DNA of 64,000 nucleotides from Nitrososphaerota archaeon (GCA_041641295.1 JBEPYO010000001.1:800001-864000), one strand, 5' to 3'. Positions 39,348-50,199 are shown, numbered from the stretch's first letter. The notes: a model not told the origin generated them from the letters alone. Translations and numbers: made by a program.

Positions 39348-39866
39348 TTAAAGGTCGATGCTGCCTACCAGTTCTAAATAGAAGGAACCATCACCAGTTA
39401 TTTGGCCAGTGTATGTTCCGGAGCCGTGGCCGTGTGTGAGAGGGTCGCCTAGTCTTTCAGCCACCCTAGTTATCTGCCAGCTGCCGCTAAGTAGTCCGCC
39501 GTCCATCAATCTGCCCTCAAACCTGCCCTCAACAACCTTGCCACCACTCAAATAGATGATGAACACGCCGCTATTACGCCCCTCCATCCCGACAAGACTG
39601 CACGGCCGCTTACATACCGAGTCTTCTATAATGACTATTGTTTCACCCTTTCCATCTCTATCTATGTCTTCGACAGTTCCATGGTACATGCGGTTTCTGG
39701 TGATGAGGTTTTCTCCAGCAGTGTATATGAAGCCCTGGCAGTGTTCATGACTATGGGCTGTGACAGTCACATCTAATATTGGCTGTGGGGGAGCGGCTGT
39801 TGCCACAGCGGCCAAAAAGACTACCACTGCAACGACAGCGGCTATGCCTAACAAAACTCTCTTCAT
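39348..39866 (-). CDS. Secreted beta-rich hypothetical protein
   Basis: Signal peptide MKRVLLGIAAVVAVVVFLAAVATA; Gly-rich beta strands. Confidence 0.65.
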   Translation of the reverse strand: MKRVLLGIAAVVAVVVFLAAVATAAPPQPILDVTVTAHSHEHCQGFIYTAGENLITRNRMYHGTVEDIDRDGKGETIVIIEDSVCKRPCSLVGMEGRNSGVFIIYLSGGKVVEGRFEGRLMDGGLLSGSWQITRVAERLGDPLTHGHGSGTYTGQITGDGSFYLELVGSIDL

Positions 39867-39969
39867 TGCAAAAAGAAGAATGTAAAAACAGGTAGATAAA
39901 ACTTGTCAATCACAAGGATGACAGTAGGCAGCAGCCCCAAAGACCATTTGTCTGCTGCGGGTGTGGGGG

Positions 39970-40857
39970 TTACGGTGTGACGCCGAAGCCTGCTAGGAAC
40001 TCTAGTGAGTCGCGGATGTCTGTCCTGTAGGCAAAGGCCGAGCCCTTACAATTGACGTTCAGCACGAAGCTGTTTACCGCCACTATCAGCTCCTCACCAT
40101 TCTCATTCCTGTGTAGGACTGGGCCACCGGAGTCGCCGAAGCAAGTGCCGCCTGGCCCAGTGCCGAGGCCGGGGTCATTAGAGTATTGGAGGTTGTAGCC
40201 GTCAGTGAGGGCGCTCCGCAGATTTATGAGAGTGACCGTCGCATTGTACCGCTCACGTATGCCCATGTAGATGGGCTTCACCAGCTGGAGCCCGTAGCCG
40301 ACAACCGTGAACTGTACTTCCTGTAGTCCGCGCAGTGTAGCTAGGGCGTCAAGATATCCGGCCGGTGCCAGCTTGCCGAAGCCCCTATTGGTTACAGGCT
40401 TCTTAAGCACGACAACACCTATGTCATGAGTATTCGGGATGGTTAGGTAGCCGGTCCATTCTGGGTGGGGGACAGGCTTGCCCCAGTAGCCGCCCGAGCA
40501 TGGATAGCCCCTATACCCAACACAGGATCCGTCGCCAGGATAGTTCCCCCAACGAATTGGCCCCGCATCGAACCAGACCTGCGCGTAGGATGGCTTTATG
40601 CCTGATTCAGGGTCGTATCCCGTACAGTGACCTGCAGTGAGGAGAATAGTTGGCGCGACCAGCGTACCGGTGCAGCGCCAGAGCGGCACCTTGTTCTCAT
40701 CATAGAAGACTACGAGGCCGACATACGGATGAGCGTTACCGTCAGGCTCACCATACTGGACCGCCGAGAAAGGTGTGAGAGCCACCAGCATGAAGAGCAT
40801 CACAACCATGGCTACGTGTACCGATGTGCGTACGCATCCTAGGATGTTTAGAGCCAT
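39970..40857 (-). CDS. Secreted trypsin-like (S1) serine protease
   Basis: CTGTLV, TAGHC, HDIGVV and CFGDSGGP motifs; true start at about 40857 with a signal peptide. Confidence 0.9.
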   Translation of the reverse strand: MALNILGCVRTSVHVAMVVMLFMLVALTPFSAVQYGEPDGNAHPYVGLVVFYDENKVPLWRCTGTLVAPTILLTAGHCTGYDPESGIKPSYAQVWFDAGPIRWGNYPGDGSCVGYRGYPCSGGYWGKPVPHPEWTGYLTIPNTHDIGVVVLKKPVTNRGFGKLAPAGYLDALATLRGLQEVQFTVVGYGLQLVKPIYMGIRERYNATVTLINLRSALTDGYNLQYSNDPGLGTGPGGTCFGDSGGPVLHRNENGEELIVAVNSFVLNVNCKGSAFAYRTDIRDSLEFLAGFGVTP

Positions 40858-40922
40858 GGCTATAGATTGCCTCAGCGCGTTTAAATTATTTTCTGAGATT
40901 GATTGTATGGAGAAGCTTGCCT

Positions 40923-41729
40923 TCAGGGCTTTAAGGCGCTTAGGGCCTCTTTGAGCGGTTTCTTCTTGAAGCCTTGGGGGAGCTGCCACTCGGCCTGGGT
41001 GGCGTCTATGAATTCTATGTCCTGTCTTGTCTCGGCGAGCCAGGAGAGGAGCCTGTGGGCGTAGTCGAGCTTCATCCTCTTCATACGGAGCCAGTCTGGG
41101 CTGGACGCCTTCAGCTCGGCTGAGAATCTTCCTATACGGCAGGTGAGGCACATTCCGATGGTTACTATTTTTCTGGCGCCGAGGGCCGCTGCGAGGAACG
41201 CTGCCCTGTCGCCGTCGGTGAATCCGCCGAAGTTGTGTATGTGGCCCCGTGGGGTGCATTGGCAGGTGGCCTCGACGCGCTCGGGCAGCAGTGGGAGGTA
41301 TTGTCTGAGCCTCTCGATGTTGTCTCCGTGGGCGTGGACAACCACGACCGAGCCCCTCCTCCAGCACTCGTGTATGTCCTCGAAGACGCCGTCCAAGTCC
41401 GTCACGACTATGTCTGGTGTGACTCCCGCCTCGAGCAGGGGTGTAGTCGCAGTATCGGCAGAGATAACTGCCACGCCCTTGTCCAAGTTTTCGGCGAGGA
41501 TTCTAGCTTCTTCGCCGACTGTGTCGTATGCGCCCACCACCACTACGCATCTGGCCCTGCTGAGCCTCGAGACCAGCTCCTCCCTCAGACACCTCTTATC
41601 CGACATGAAGCTGGAGAGTATCTCGGCGGCCTCCTCATCCCTCTCAGGGGGAAAGCCGAAGTCCCTGAGTATTCTCTGATACCAGTCCAGCCAGCCCCGT
41701 TCTAACATACCGACTAATGAAATATCCAT
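40923..41729 (-). CDS. mptE: 6-hydroxymethyl-7,8-dihydropterin pyrophosphokinase (DUF115)
   Basis: VVTDLDG, HAHGDN and NFGGFTDGDRA motifs. Confidence 0.88.
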   Translation of the reverse strand: MDISLVGMLERGWLDWYQRILRDFGFPPERDEEAAEILSSFMSDKRCLREELVSRLSRARCVVVVGAYDTVGEEARILAENLDKGVAVISADTATTPLLEAGVTPDIVVTDLDGVFEDIHECWRRGSVVVVHAHGDNIERLRQYLPLLPERVEATCQCTPRGHIHNFGGFTDGDRAAFLAAALGARKIVTIGMCLTCRIGRFSAELKASSPDWLRMKRMKLDYAHRLLSWLAETRQDIEFIDATQAEWQLPQGFKKKPLKEALSALKP

Positions 41730-41747
41730 GTTCTACGGTATAAGTGT

Positions 41748-42300
41748 CTATGTATCCGTATTTACCATGCTAAACACCTGCCACTCCTTTCCATCGTGGG
41801 GTCTAGGTGCGATTATGCATCCTATCTCCCCATTCTTGGTGTAAGCTGTGATTCTAGAAGACTTTGATACGGCTGAGTTGCGTTGGCTGGTTTGTATAGC
41901 CTTACCTCTATAGAGGCGCTATTTTGTAAGGGCTTTATAAGCTCATAGATTAACACCCCATTAAAGTATCCGTATTCAACTCCCTCTACCTCTGTTATCG
42001 CCCTAGCGGAAATCTCCATAGAGCCGTCCTTAGAGTGGGACTTGACCGTAACTTTGTCATAAGAGATGGTGACCTTAACCTCATCAATAGTCTCGCTAAA
42101 GAGCTGTCTAAAAGACTTCATTACGATTAGAGCCTCGGCCACCTTCTCAAGGTTTTTAAGCCTAGGCGGTCTCCTCAACTCACAAAGTCCTTAAAAGACT
42201 TCCTGCCCTCGATACTACCGCTAACACGTATATCGATTTCGTAGTTCTCCTCGTCAAGCTTTGTGTAGGTGTATGTAACTACTGGGTCTCCCGTCAATAT
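41748..42300 (-). pseudogene. Decayed PCNA-like gene, copy 2, truncated at the CRISPR trailer repeat
   Basis: Track ORF 41822..42178 plus frameshifted tail TAYTKNGEIGCIIAPRPHD and head ILTGDPVV...IEGRKSFK. Confidence 0.55.
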
Positions 42301-44160
42301 CTTTCAATTCCTTCAAGGATTCAAGTGATTTGCTGCTCCGGGTTTGTCCACGGGTTGAACGCTATTGCTTTCAATTCCTTCAAGGATTCAAGGGATTTCA
42401 GCCCAACCCTATGCCTCGATGAAACAGAATACTCTTTCAATTCCTTCAAGGATTCAAGTGTTTCATGCGGCGGTATCATTTCGAGGAAGAAAGGAACTTT
42501 CAATTCCTTCAAGGATTCAAGCGAAGAGGGGGAGCACATCTATCTTGAAGACCCATTGGCTTTCAATTCCTTCAAGGATTCAAGTAAAGATAAACTTAAG
42601 CGTGTTTTGAGGCTTAAGAAATGACTTTCAATTCCTTCAAGGATTCAAGAAGTAAAGGCGGTACGACAGATAGGAGAAGAATCGCAAGTCTTTCAATTCC
42701 TTCAAGGATTCAAGGTGGTGGCAACGGTGTTATCTGGCCGGGACAAGGCATCGTACTCCTTTCAATTCCTTCAAGGATTCAAGACAGCCATACGTGTTTG
42801 AGCCTAATCACCTGATAACATTCTTTCAATTCCTTCAAGGATTCAAGGCTGTTTTCATTAAGGCTTTTGTTGATGCCTACAATAACTTTCAATTCCTTCA
42901 AGGATTCAAGTTCGTCTGGAGGGAAGGGAGATGAAGCCAAAAGTCATTAACTTTCAATTCCTTCAAGGATTCAAGATCCCGATGCTTGGGGCGTGGTTAA
43001 AAACCACATGACTCTTTCAATTCCTTCAAGGATTCAAGGAGAATGGTGAGGGACTACTGATAGACCCAGATGCAGGTAACTTTCAATTCCTTCAAGGATT
43101 CAAGAGGAAGAGCCTCAAATTCCTGAAGAGGACATGATGGTGATCTTTCAATTCCTTCAAGGATTCAAGGGACTGCGCATTGGCGTTGGGTACCGAACGA
43201 AACCGCAATCTTTCAATTCCTTCAAGGATTCAAGTAAGTTTAGTGCGCTATGCCCCGCCGCCGCAAGCAAGACCTTTCAATTCCTTCAAGGATTCAAGAT
43301 GGTGTTAAACTCACGCAGCAAGTCGGCTGCGCCTGTCAAGTTACTTTCAATTCCTTCAAGGATTCAAGCTACATAGCTGAAACCTTGGCGGTGTTAAATG
43401 TTGTGAATAACTTTCAATTCCTTCAAGGATTCAAGTAAGCAATATAAACGTAAGTATCATTATCAACGTACCTAACTTTCAATTCCTTCAAGGATTCAAG
43501 ATAAGCAAACCGCTAACAAACTCACGCCTTAACCTCACCAACACTTTCAATTCCTTCAAGGATTCAAGCAAAACATGCCACAACTTCAATCCATAACCTA
43601 TATCCATATTCACTTTCAATTCCTTCAAGGATTCAAGTGTAACCATACTAAGCCTTAGCGGCGCCGCCGATATTATAAACTTTCAATTCCTTCAAGGATT
43701 CAAGTTGGTTATGAGCCGAGAAGCATGACTTATGAATTGACATTACTTTCAATTCCTTCAAGGATTCAAGGGCCCAGTTTGGGATTCAGGGCAAGGATGC
43801 GATGCGTGTGATCTTTCAATTCCTTCAAGGATTCAAGGAACTAAACTATAACAACACAACCAAAAATAAACTACGGTCTTCTTTCAATTCCTTCAAGGAT
43901 TCAAGGGATTATGTACGTGAGTAGCGCAGAGGATTCAATTAAAACTTTCAATTCCTTCAAGGATTCAAGTATCGCAGACTGATTTAGCCAAGACATTCAT
44001 AATAAACTTTCAATTCCTTCAAGGATTCAAGAAGACGGGTAAAGGAATTAGAGGACAGGTTGGAAGTGCTCTTTCAATTCCTTCAAGGATTCAAGAGTAT
44101 GTTTCTCCGCTCAGCCACGCTCTCCACATATGCATCTTTCAATTCCTTCAAGGATTCAAG
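42301..44160 (-). CRISPR. CRISPR array 1: 29 repeats of 25 nt (CTTGAATCCTTGAAGGAATTGAAAG), 28 spacers
   Basis: Hand count of CTTTCAATTCCTTCAAGGATTCAAG on the + strand; leader on the right; ATTGAAAG 3' end on the minus strand. Confidence 0.97.
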
Positions 44161-44310
44161 TGAAGCTATTTATTTTGGTTATGTGGTTGTATATAAATTT
44201 ATCATGCTTTTCTGGCTTGCCGTTAGTAGGACGTTTATTCTCTGGTGTTCTGTGCATTTTTGATTTTCAGGACCCCGCCTGGACTGGCTTCCTTTATATA
44301 GGTCTCCTGC
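44161..44310 (-). promoter_or_regulatory. CRISPR leader 1
   Basis: AT-rich, with a TTTATATA box about 30 nt from the first repeat; shares blocks with leader 2. Confidence 0.8.
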
Positions 44311-44318
44311 GACCTATC

Positions 44319-44906
44319 TCAGCTTAGCCCCGGTCTACAGTAAGCCCTATACCCACAGTTTACACATTTGGATGGTGGGGTAATTATTCCCGGATCCCTT
44401 TCTTCTAGAATCATCTTATGCATGTTGTCTATGATTTTTCTTGTGAGGTTTTTCAATCCCTCATCGATCACTAGTTCTGCAACACGTTTGTCTTTCAAAT
44501 AGTAGATGTATCCTCTCTTGACCGATGTTTTGAAGTTTTCCTCGATCAGGAGAGCGTAGGCTGTAAGCTGTAGTTTGTGGTCCCACCTTCCGCGCCCCTT
44601 ATCTGAGGAAGCCCATTTAACCTCGACTGGAACATACTCTCTATTCCTCGTTATTACTAAATAGTCTGGCTTGCCGCTTATTTTAAGCCTCTCACTCCGG
44701 AGCTCGACGGATCTTAGAACCCTCAGAGCCTTCAACTTCGCGATGAGGGGGGTTATTACGGCCTCGTCATGCTGCTCGAGCCCTGCTTCCATCGCCTCAC
44801 TCACCACCTCATCCAAGTGGAGGACATGTGTGATGAACACTATGCGGGGGCAGTATGCGTATCTCTTAAGCTCTACAACGGTTATGTCTCCCTCATCACA
44901 GCTCAA
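44319..44906 (-). CDS. cas4: CRISPR-associated Cas4
   Basis: YCPR, GKPD, PVEVK, QLTAYA and C..C.Y...C motifs. Confidence 0.93.
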   Translation of the reverse strand: MSCDEGDITVVELKRYAYCPRIVFITHVLHLDEVVSEAMEAGLEQHDEAVITPLIAKLKALRVLRSVELRSERLKISGKPDYLVITRNREYVPVEVKWASSDKGRGRWDHKLQLTAYALLIEENFKTSVKRGYIYYLKDKRVAELVIDEGLKNLTRKIIDNMHKMILEERDPGIITPPSKCVNCGYRAYCRPGLS

Positions 44907-44909
44907 GGA

Positions 44910-45194
44910 CTACACCAGGTACCCCTCATCCTCGTAGCTCATCTCTACGCCTATGACCGTCCTCTGGCTGTAGCTGGCGGGTGTTAAGGGGTAGATTTGT
45001 ACGTTCGCCTTAGCGTCTTTGATCAGGCGCCGGATCCCAGCTTCAAGGTTAACCCTCTCACTCTGAGTGAGATCTCCCAGAAAAGCGCTCTTCTGAATTC
45101 GCTTCAACCCTTTAAGTTTGAGAAAGCTAGCAACTTTATTTCTCAACTCGTCGTCTGTGATATCGTAGATCACGAGCGTAAGCAGGCTCACCAC
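44910..45194 (-). CDS. cas2: CRISPR-associated Cas2
   Basis: VIYDITDD.LR and GLKRIQKSAF motifs. Confidence 0.95.
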   Translation of the reverse strand: MVSLLTLVIYDITDDELRNKVASFLKLKGLKRIQKSAFLGDLTQSERVNLEAGIRRLIKDAKANVQIYPLTPASYSQRTVIGVEMSYEDEGYLV

Positions 45195-46177
45195 CTAGAC
45201 TTATACGGCTCGTACTTGTGTACACCTTGGATATGAAGGACTAGCTTCCTTGCCTGAGAATTTATTAGCTCCGTGTGAGGAGGGCTGCTCTCCTTCATGT
45301 ATTTGAGTATGTGCGACCATATGATCCTAGATGCACCGCCGTCTTTCTTAGCGAGCTCGAGCATGACTTTCTTATCTGTTTTGGCCAGCCCGACTAGCGG
45401 TCTATCCACCGATACCGGCCTGAACTCCTCCATTAGGTCGAGAACCAGCGCAGGTCTCCCACCTCTGGGCTTGTGTAGGAAGCCGAGGTAGGGGTTCAGC
45501 CCCGCCAAGAAGACAGCTCTCCAAACCTCCTTCCTCAAAAGACCATACCCTATGTTTAGGGCGATGTTAAATGGGTCCAGCTCGCCTGGCGGAGGATTAC
45601 TTCTGGTATACCGATGGTTAAAACCTATCTCCTCAGGAAGAATATGGGAGATGCCTGTCCAGTACGCCTTTGCAGCGTGACCCTCCACCACGATTAACTC
45701 CTCCACACTACATGCTCTTCCCAGCTCGATCATCCGATCCATAATCTCTGCCGACTTCTCCTCCAATAATCCAGCATCTCTTCCACTCCCCCTAAACCTC
45801 CTAGCATATTCGAGCAAGACCATCCTCTGATTATGGAGCTTACCCTCCAAAATCTTCTTGGCTATAAAGACGGAGCCTCCACTCTCATGAAGCTTGACTT
45901 GGAGGGCCCAATTCCTCATCAACGTGCCATACTTGTATGGTATTATCCTTCCCACCGGCTTAGAGCCGCGCATGAACACCAAGTCAATCCCGAATGACAT
46001 GGCCAGCATTATGGCCGCCGAAGAGATCTAAACTCCCTCACTGACTATCACGATACTCTCTAGCTCAACTGGTGACAGATCCCACTTTATCTCCTTCCCC
46101 GTCTTTAGAACAAACCTGCCCTGCCTCACCCCCAGAAAAGCGCCATACTGCTCGATAAGTGCCGCTTTAGCGCCCAT
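45188..46177 (-). pseudogene. cas1: cas1 interrupted by an in-frame TAG at 46028-46030
   Basis: MGAKAALIEQYGAFLG...SEGV*ISSAAIMLA...EGHAAKAYW...NIALNIGY...GFLH...DLMEEFR, all in one frame. Confidence 0.9.
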
Positions 46178-47069
46178 CTCTACACACGCCCAAATAAGGG
46201 CAGTAAGGATCACAGTCCGCGGGTAAGCCCGGATCAACGTCTAGGTATGCTTTACTTGCGTAGAGGTCCCTCTTCTCTACGAACTCAAGCCTTAAGGAGT
46301 CGTCTATTCTTAGCACTTTCTCATAAGTTTTGAAGGAACTTGCATCTGGTGCAAACTCTATATATAAAATAACGGCGTGATTGACTGGTATTCTATATGA
46401 GCACTCAAAGATAAGCGCATATGCGGCTAGCGCAACCTCTACGTTCCTGTTTGGTCTTCTCGTCTTGAATTCTATAATTAGTGTTGGAGGGACCAGAGCA
46501 TCTATTCTGACAGCTCTATTTAATCCGAGTAATCTACCATCTAAGGGAAACTCGCAGATCCATGGGACTACTCTACTGACCAGCCCATCTATGCTCAAAT
46601 ATTTTGAGAGTTCGAGAACCTTGTCAAGTGAGGACGCATAAGTCAGCGCCGCCCTATTCCACAGGGCTTTGAAAGCTTTAATGTAACTCTCTGGGAGGCC
46701 CCGTACAGATAATATGTCTTCCATTCTCTTCGTCATCTTTTCATAGAGCTCACCACCGTTCTGCATGGTTGAACTGTAGAGTAGCGATTTAGCAGTAGAT
46801 GTGGCCATTGAGATTACTTTATGGATGAAGGACCCAAAATGGAGCCTCTCATCACCCTGTTCCTTCACCTTCATTTTATACCGCAGAAACGCTAGCCTAC
46901 CCGTCTGGCAGGAGAAGCTTAGATCAGAAACGTTTATCTGAGTCGTATAGGCTGGGAGGAGCGGTGGATTATGCCAATTCCACCCCCTTAATTCCTCGCT
47001 TATCTCACACGGCATCTCTTGGATCAGCTTCGATATACGTAGGACATCGTCGTAGCTGTAGAAGGGCAT
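46167..47069 (-). CDS. csa1: Type I-A Cas4-like protein Csa1
   Basis: ELRGWNW..PPL.P, IEFK, LAAYAL..E and C..YCPY..C motifs. Confidence 0.9.
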   Translation of the reverse strand: MPFYSYDDVLRISKLIQEMPCEISEELRGWNWHNPPLLPAYTTQINVSDLSFSCQTGRLAFLRYKMKVKEQGDERLHFGSFIHKVISMATSTAKSLLYSSTMQNGGELYEKMTKRMEDILSVRGLPESYIKAFKALWNRAALTYASSLDKVLELSKYLSIDGLVSRVVPWICEFPLDGRLLGLNRAVRIDALVPPTLIIEFKTRRPNRNVEVALAAYALIFECSYRIPVNHAVILYIEFAPDASSFKTYEKVLRIDDSLRLEFVEKRDLYASKAYLDVDPGLPADCDPYCPYLGVCRDGR

Positions 47070-47092
47070 CTGGAGAAAAAGGGACTACGTAG

Positions 47093-47818
47093 TTAATCTT
47101 TTTTATCCCGCAATTCGGATAAGATTCTTTCATCATTCTGCAAGATGTTTTTAAAATTCCTAAAGATAGGGGTATAATTCGCGAACCTGTCGCTCAAGGA
47201 GATGACCCTTAGCCGTTCCTCCACAATCCCCAATTTCTTCAGGAAAGAGACGATTCTGCTGACGCGGCTCTCGCTCACATCCAATGCCTCACAGATATCT
47301 TTTCTCTTAGCCTGCTTCTTCTCTGCGAGGAAGTAGAGAACATTTAAGACCGTCTTTGATGAGAGTTGCGCCGGAGATATGACCGGTATGCTCTTCCTTA
47401 CCCTCGTCACCTCAATGACATAGGTTAACTCGTCCACTAGCTGTGGGAACCATATCGAGAGAAGGCACATGATCACGGTTATCGCCCTTACCCCGCCCGT
47501 AAGCTCGAAATACACGTAGAAGCCTCTCCTCTTGAGTTCTATCAACATACCTAACAGCTCATCAATTGAGCTTGAAGCATCGGTGAGCTCAATCTCAATT
47601 TCTCTAAGCTCTATTCCTCGCCCAGTTGTTTTCAATGCATTTACATAGTTCTTAATCTGAGTCCTAGCCTGCTCGTTTCTGAGCTTCGATATATCGTCGG
47701 CTGTCTTGGGATATATGAGGACTAATAAGTCGTTGGAGGAGAGGGGGGTGGCTGATATTATATCTAGTGTTGCTGTGGGATCAAATCCCATGTTTACGAT
47801 GACAGCCTTTTTAACCAT
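47093..47818 (-). CDS. csa3: CARF-wHTH regulator Csa3
   Basis: NMGFD and ELTGGVR motifs; C-terminal wHTH. Confidence 0.88.
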   Translation of the reverse strand: MVKKAVIVNMGFDPTATLDIISATPLSSNDLLVLIYPKTADDISKLRNEQARTQIKNYVNALKTTGRGIELREIEIELTDASSSIDELLGMLIELKRRGFYVYFELTGGVRAITVIMCLLSIWFPQLVDELTYVIEVTRVRKSIPVISPAQLSSKTVLNVLYFLAEKKQAKRKDICEALDVSESRVSRIVSFLKKLGIVEERLRVISLSDRFANYTPIFRNFKNILQNDERILSELRDKKD

Positions 47819-47861
47819 CTACTACTTCACTAGGGTTTTTGTTTAAATATCTGTTCCCGTG

Positions 47862-48689
47862 TCAGTTTATGCATTTTATTGATACGTGTCCGAATCCTGT
47901 GGCCCTCGACTTCCCTATTCCTACATACTGGGCGTAGTCAAGCAGGGCTAGTATCTTTTTCAACGAGGGCGTGCTCCTGCTTTTCCTCATGTCGTATAGT
48001 ACCCATCCCATCAACCCCCTAACTAGCCGCTTATTGTCATAGATGACTGTTACAGGCTTTAGGTGGAAGTCCGCCTCTAAGAGTGCATAGTTTGAATAGT
48101 AGGTTAGCCAGTATGGGTTTTTAATGTACATGGCGGGGTCTGAGTTGTTGTTCCAGTGCTCGATGAGGGAGCTGATAAGTAGTGATGGAACCGGGAATAG
48201 GGCGTACCTTCCTGCTTTACGCCCCCTGAAGCTCGGAAGCTGTAGGAGGACAGGTGATAGAAAGTTCAGCCTAATAGCGCTTGGCTTCTCAAACCCGAAT
48301 GAGTTGTACCGTCTCACCTCAACTCGCACACCCTCCAAGACTATCGAAGCCCCGAAAACATCCCTAATAACCGACTGCTCAAAGGAAATCAGCTCATCGA
48401 GCATAAATTCCTCACCCGTTATCAGGCAGCAATTAAACGAGTAAACATCCCCGTCGTTGATCATCAGTATCTGGTTCTCACCCTTTAACTTGATGAGGGG
48501 GTGCCCATCACGAAATAAAGGAGACACCGAGACAGGCTTAAAGGTGGTGTCTACTCCCGCCAATCTACGATATGCCTCTGACATCCTATACAGGATCAGC
48601 CTACTCACCTTTGCGGAAAATGGTGGAATTACAGCATTACCTACTACGCTAAACGTGACGGAGAGTCTAATGACGCTTTTGCTACCCAT
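47862..48689 (-). CDS. cas6: crRNA endoribonuclease Cas6
   Basis: PPFSAKV, FLSP and C-terminal GIGKSRATGFG motifs. Confidence 0.93.
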   Translation of the reverse strand: MGSKSVIRLSVTFSVVGNAVIPPFSAKVSRLILYRMSEAYRRLAGVDTTFKPVSVSPLFRDGHPLIKLKGENQILMINDGDVYSFNCCLITGEEFMLDELISFEQSVIRDVFGASIVLEGVRVEVRRYNSFGFEKPSAIRLNFLSPVLLQLPSFRGRKAGRYALFPVPSLLISSLIEHWNNNSDPAMYIKNPYWLTYYSNYALLEADFHLKPVTVIYDNKRLVRGLMGWVLYDMRKSRSTPSLKKILALLDYAQYVGIGKSRATGFGHVSIKCIN

Positions 48690-48830
48690 CTAAATGATTT
48701 AACCCCAGGATACTTTTTTAAGGTTTAAACTGCTAAGACCTTACCTAGGGTGGATTTGAGTGAGTATGCAAGATTGAAGATAGATTTTACAGGAAATGTT
48801 TTTAAACCTGAAAAATCTTGTGAGAAGTAC

Positions 48831-49220
48831 ATGAGCGCGGAGAGATATATTCAAATACCTAATATGCTTGCGGTCTTAGCATACGATGGTGATTACCATT
48901 ACATAGACAGACTTGGGAATGCCCATGCCAAGTCCTTGGCACTCCACTATCTCAGAGAAGCGTTGAGAGACTTTATAGCATTAAAGAGGTCACCGCCTAG
49001 CGATATGCCTGATGCTGTAAAGAGCTTAATGAATGGTGTAGACGATAGCTTTCTAGAATATGAAGTAGAGAGTATAAGAAATCTTCAGGGCACTCAAGAG
49101 TTGCGCGAAATCTTGTCGCTCATTTGCGCCAAGGCTCTTGCCAAGACCTCCAAATTCATAGGGCGACGTGAGGCGAGTGGAGAATCTGGAGTTCAGGAAG
49201 TAGGAGGTGCGAAGACCTGA
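48831..49220 (+). CDS. csa5: Type I-A small subunit Csa5 (Cas11)
   Basis: YHYIDRLGNA and YLREALRD motifs; first gene of the effector operon. Confidence 0.8.
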   Translation: MSAERYIQIPNMLAVLAYDGDYHYIDRLGNAHAKSLALHYLREALRDFIALKRSPPSDMPDAVKSLMNGVDDSFLEYEVESIRNLQGTQELREILSLICAKALAKTSKFIGRREASGESGVQEVGGAKT

Positions 49221-50182
49221 GGGACGTATTTGTCAGCATAAGAGGTAGAGTGCTTTTTAACGCGGAATCCCTTAACATGACGGAGTCTGTAGGAAACTAT
49301 GTGAAGCATAGACGCGTCCCCATGGTTGTGAGAGAAGATGATAACACATACGCTGTCTATTTTGTGCCAGCCATTTCGGGAGAGAGTATAGCTCACGGGC
49401 TCCAGAGGATAATATCGGAGAAATGCAAGGAGATAACACCATCTCTTCCAGTATGCAAACTCTGTGAGAAAGGAATCTTCCTTAAAAGCAGCAATAACGA
49501 CATATTCGCGGAATCATTTGGTGTCTCGCCAAGTAAGAGTGAAAAAAAGATAGATATAGAAGAGACCATAATTAGCAAATGTACCGTAGAGGATATAGGA
49601 GGGTTCTTATATGCTGAAGCGGAAAATATCAAGAGGACTTCAAACTTTTTCACTGGATATATGATTCCTGTGCAAGAAGCTTTGAGAAATGTGGTTATTG
49701 AGCCTCAGCTTCATAGCAGATACGCACTAGGCACAAAATTTGTTAAGGAAAGGGGGCAGATGTTATATTATGTTGAGATCACGTCGTCGCTCTACATGTT
49801 CAGCCTCGACATTGATACGAGATACATAGGAAGATTAACATTCAATGTGGAGAATGCTGGTAAACAAGTGATTAGTGATGATGAGAGGAGAAGAAGAATA
49901 GATGTATTATTAGATTCTGTTAGGGCGCTGCTCGTCGAGAACGGGTTTGGAGCGAAGAAGACAAGGTTCCTTCCATTAGTTGACTGGGAGAGCATGGTAA
50001 TAGCCGCATCAGATAAGCCTTGGACCGTTCCAAGCCCCTTCACGAGAGATTATATTGAGAGGACTAGGAAGAAGTTGGAGAAAATAAGCTATAACACCGA
50101 TATTCACATTTTTGATAGTGGAAGCTTCGAAGCGTTTGTGGCAGATGCAATAGACAAGATCAAGAGAAGAGTAGCCAGCTAG
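49217..50182 (+). CDS. cas7: Type I-A Cas7 (Csa2); probable CTG start
   Basis: FVSIRGRVLFNAESLNMTESVGN, VPAISGESIAH, EDIGGFL and GAKKTRFLP motifs. Confidence 0.93.
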   Translation: MRDVFVSIRGRVLFNAESLNMTESVGNYVKHRRVPMVVREDDNTYAVYFVPAISGESIAHGLQRIISEKCKEITPSLPVCKLCEKGIFLKSSNNDIFAESFGVSPSKSEKKIDIEETIISKCTVEDIGGFLYAEAENIKRTSNFFTGYMIPVQEALRNVVIEPQLHSRYALGTKFVKERGQMLYYVEITSSLYMFSLDIDTRYIGRLTFNVENAGKQVISDDERRRRIDVLLDSVRALLVENGFGAKKTRFLPLVDWESMVIAASDKPWTVPSPFTRDYIERTRKKLEKISYNTDIHIFDSGSFEAFVADAIDKIKRRVAS

Positions 50183-50199
50183 CAAGTAGGACATAGACT

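Noticed and set aside
40858-41367. N-terminal 170 aa of the 465-aa protease ORF
   Set aside because: Out-of-frame overlap with mptE; the real signal peptide starts at about 40857.
42321-44327. Track ORFs inside CRISPR array 1 (and likewise 55198-59684 in array 2)
   Set aside because: They are translations of repeats and spacers (LSIPSRIQ, FQFLQGF), not genes.
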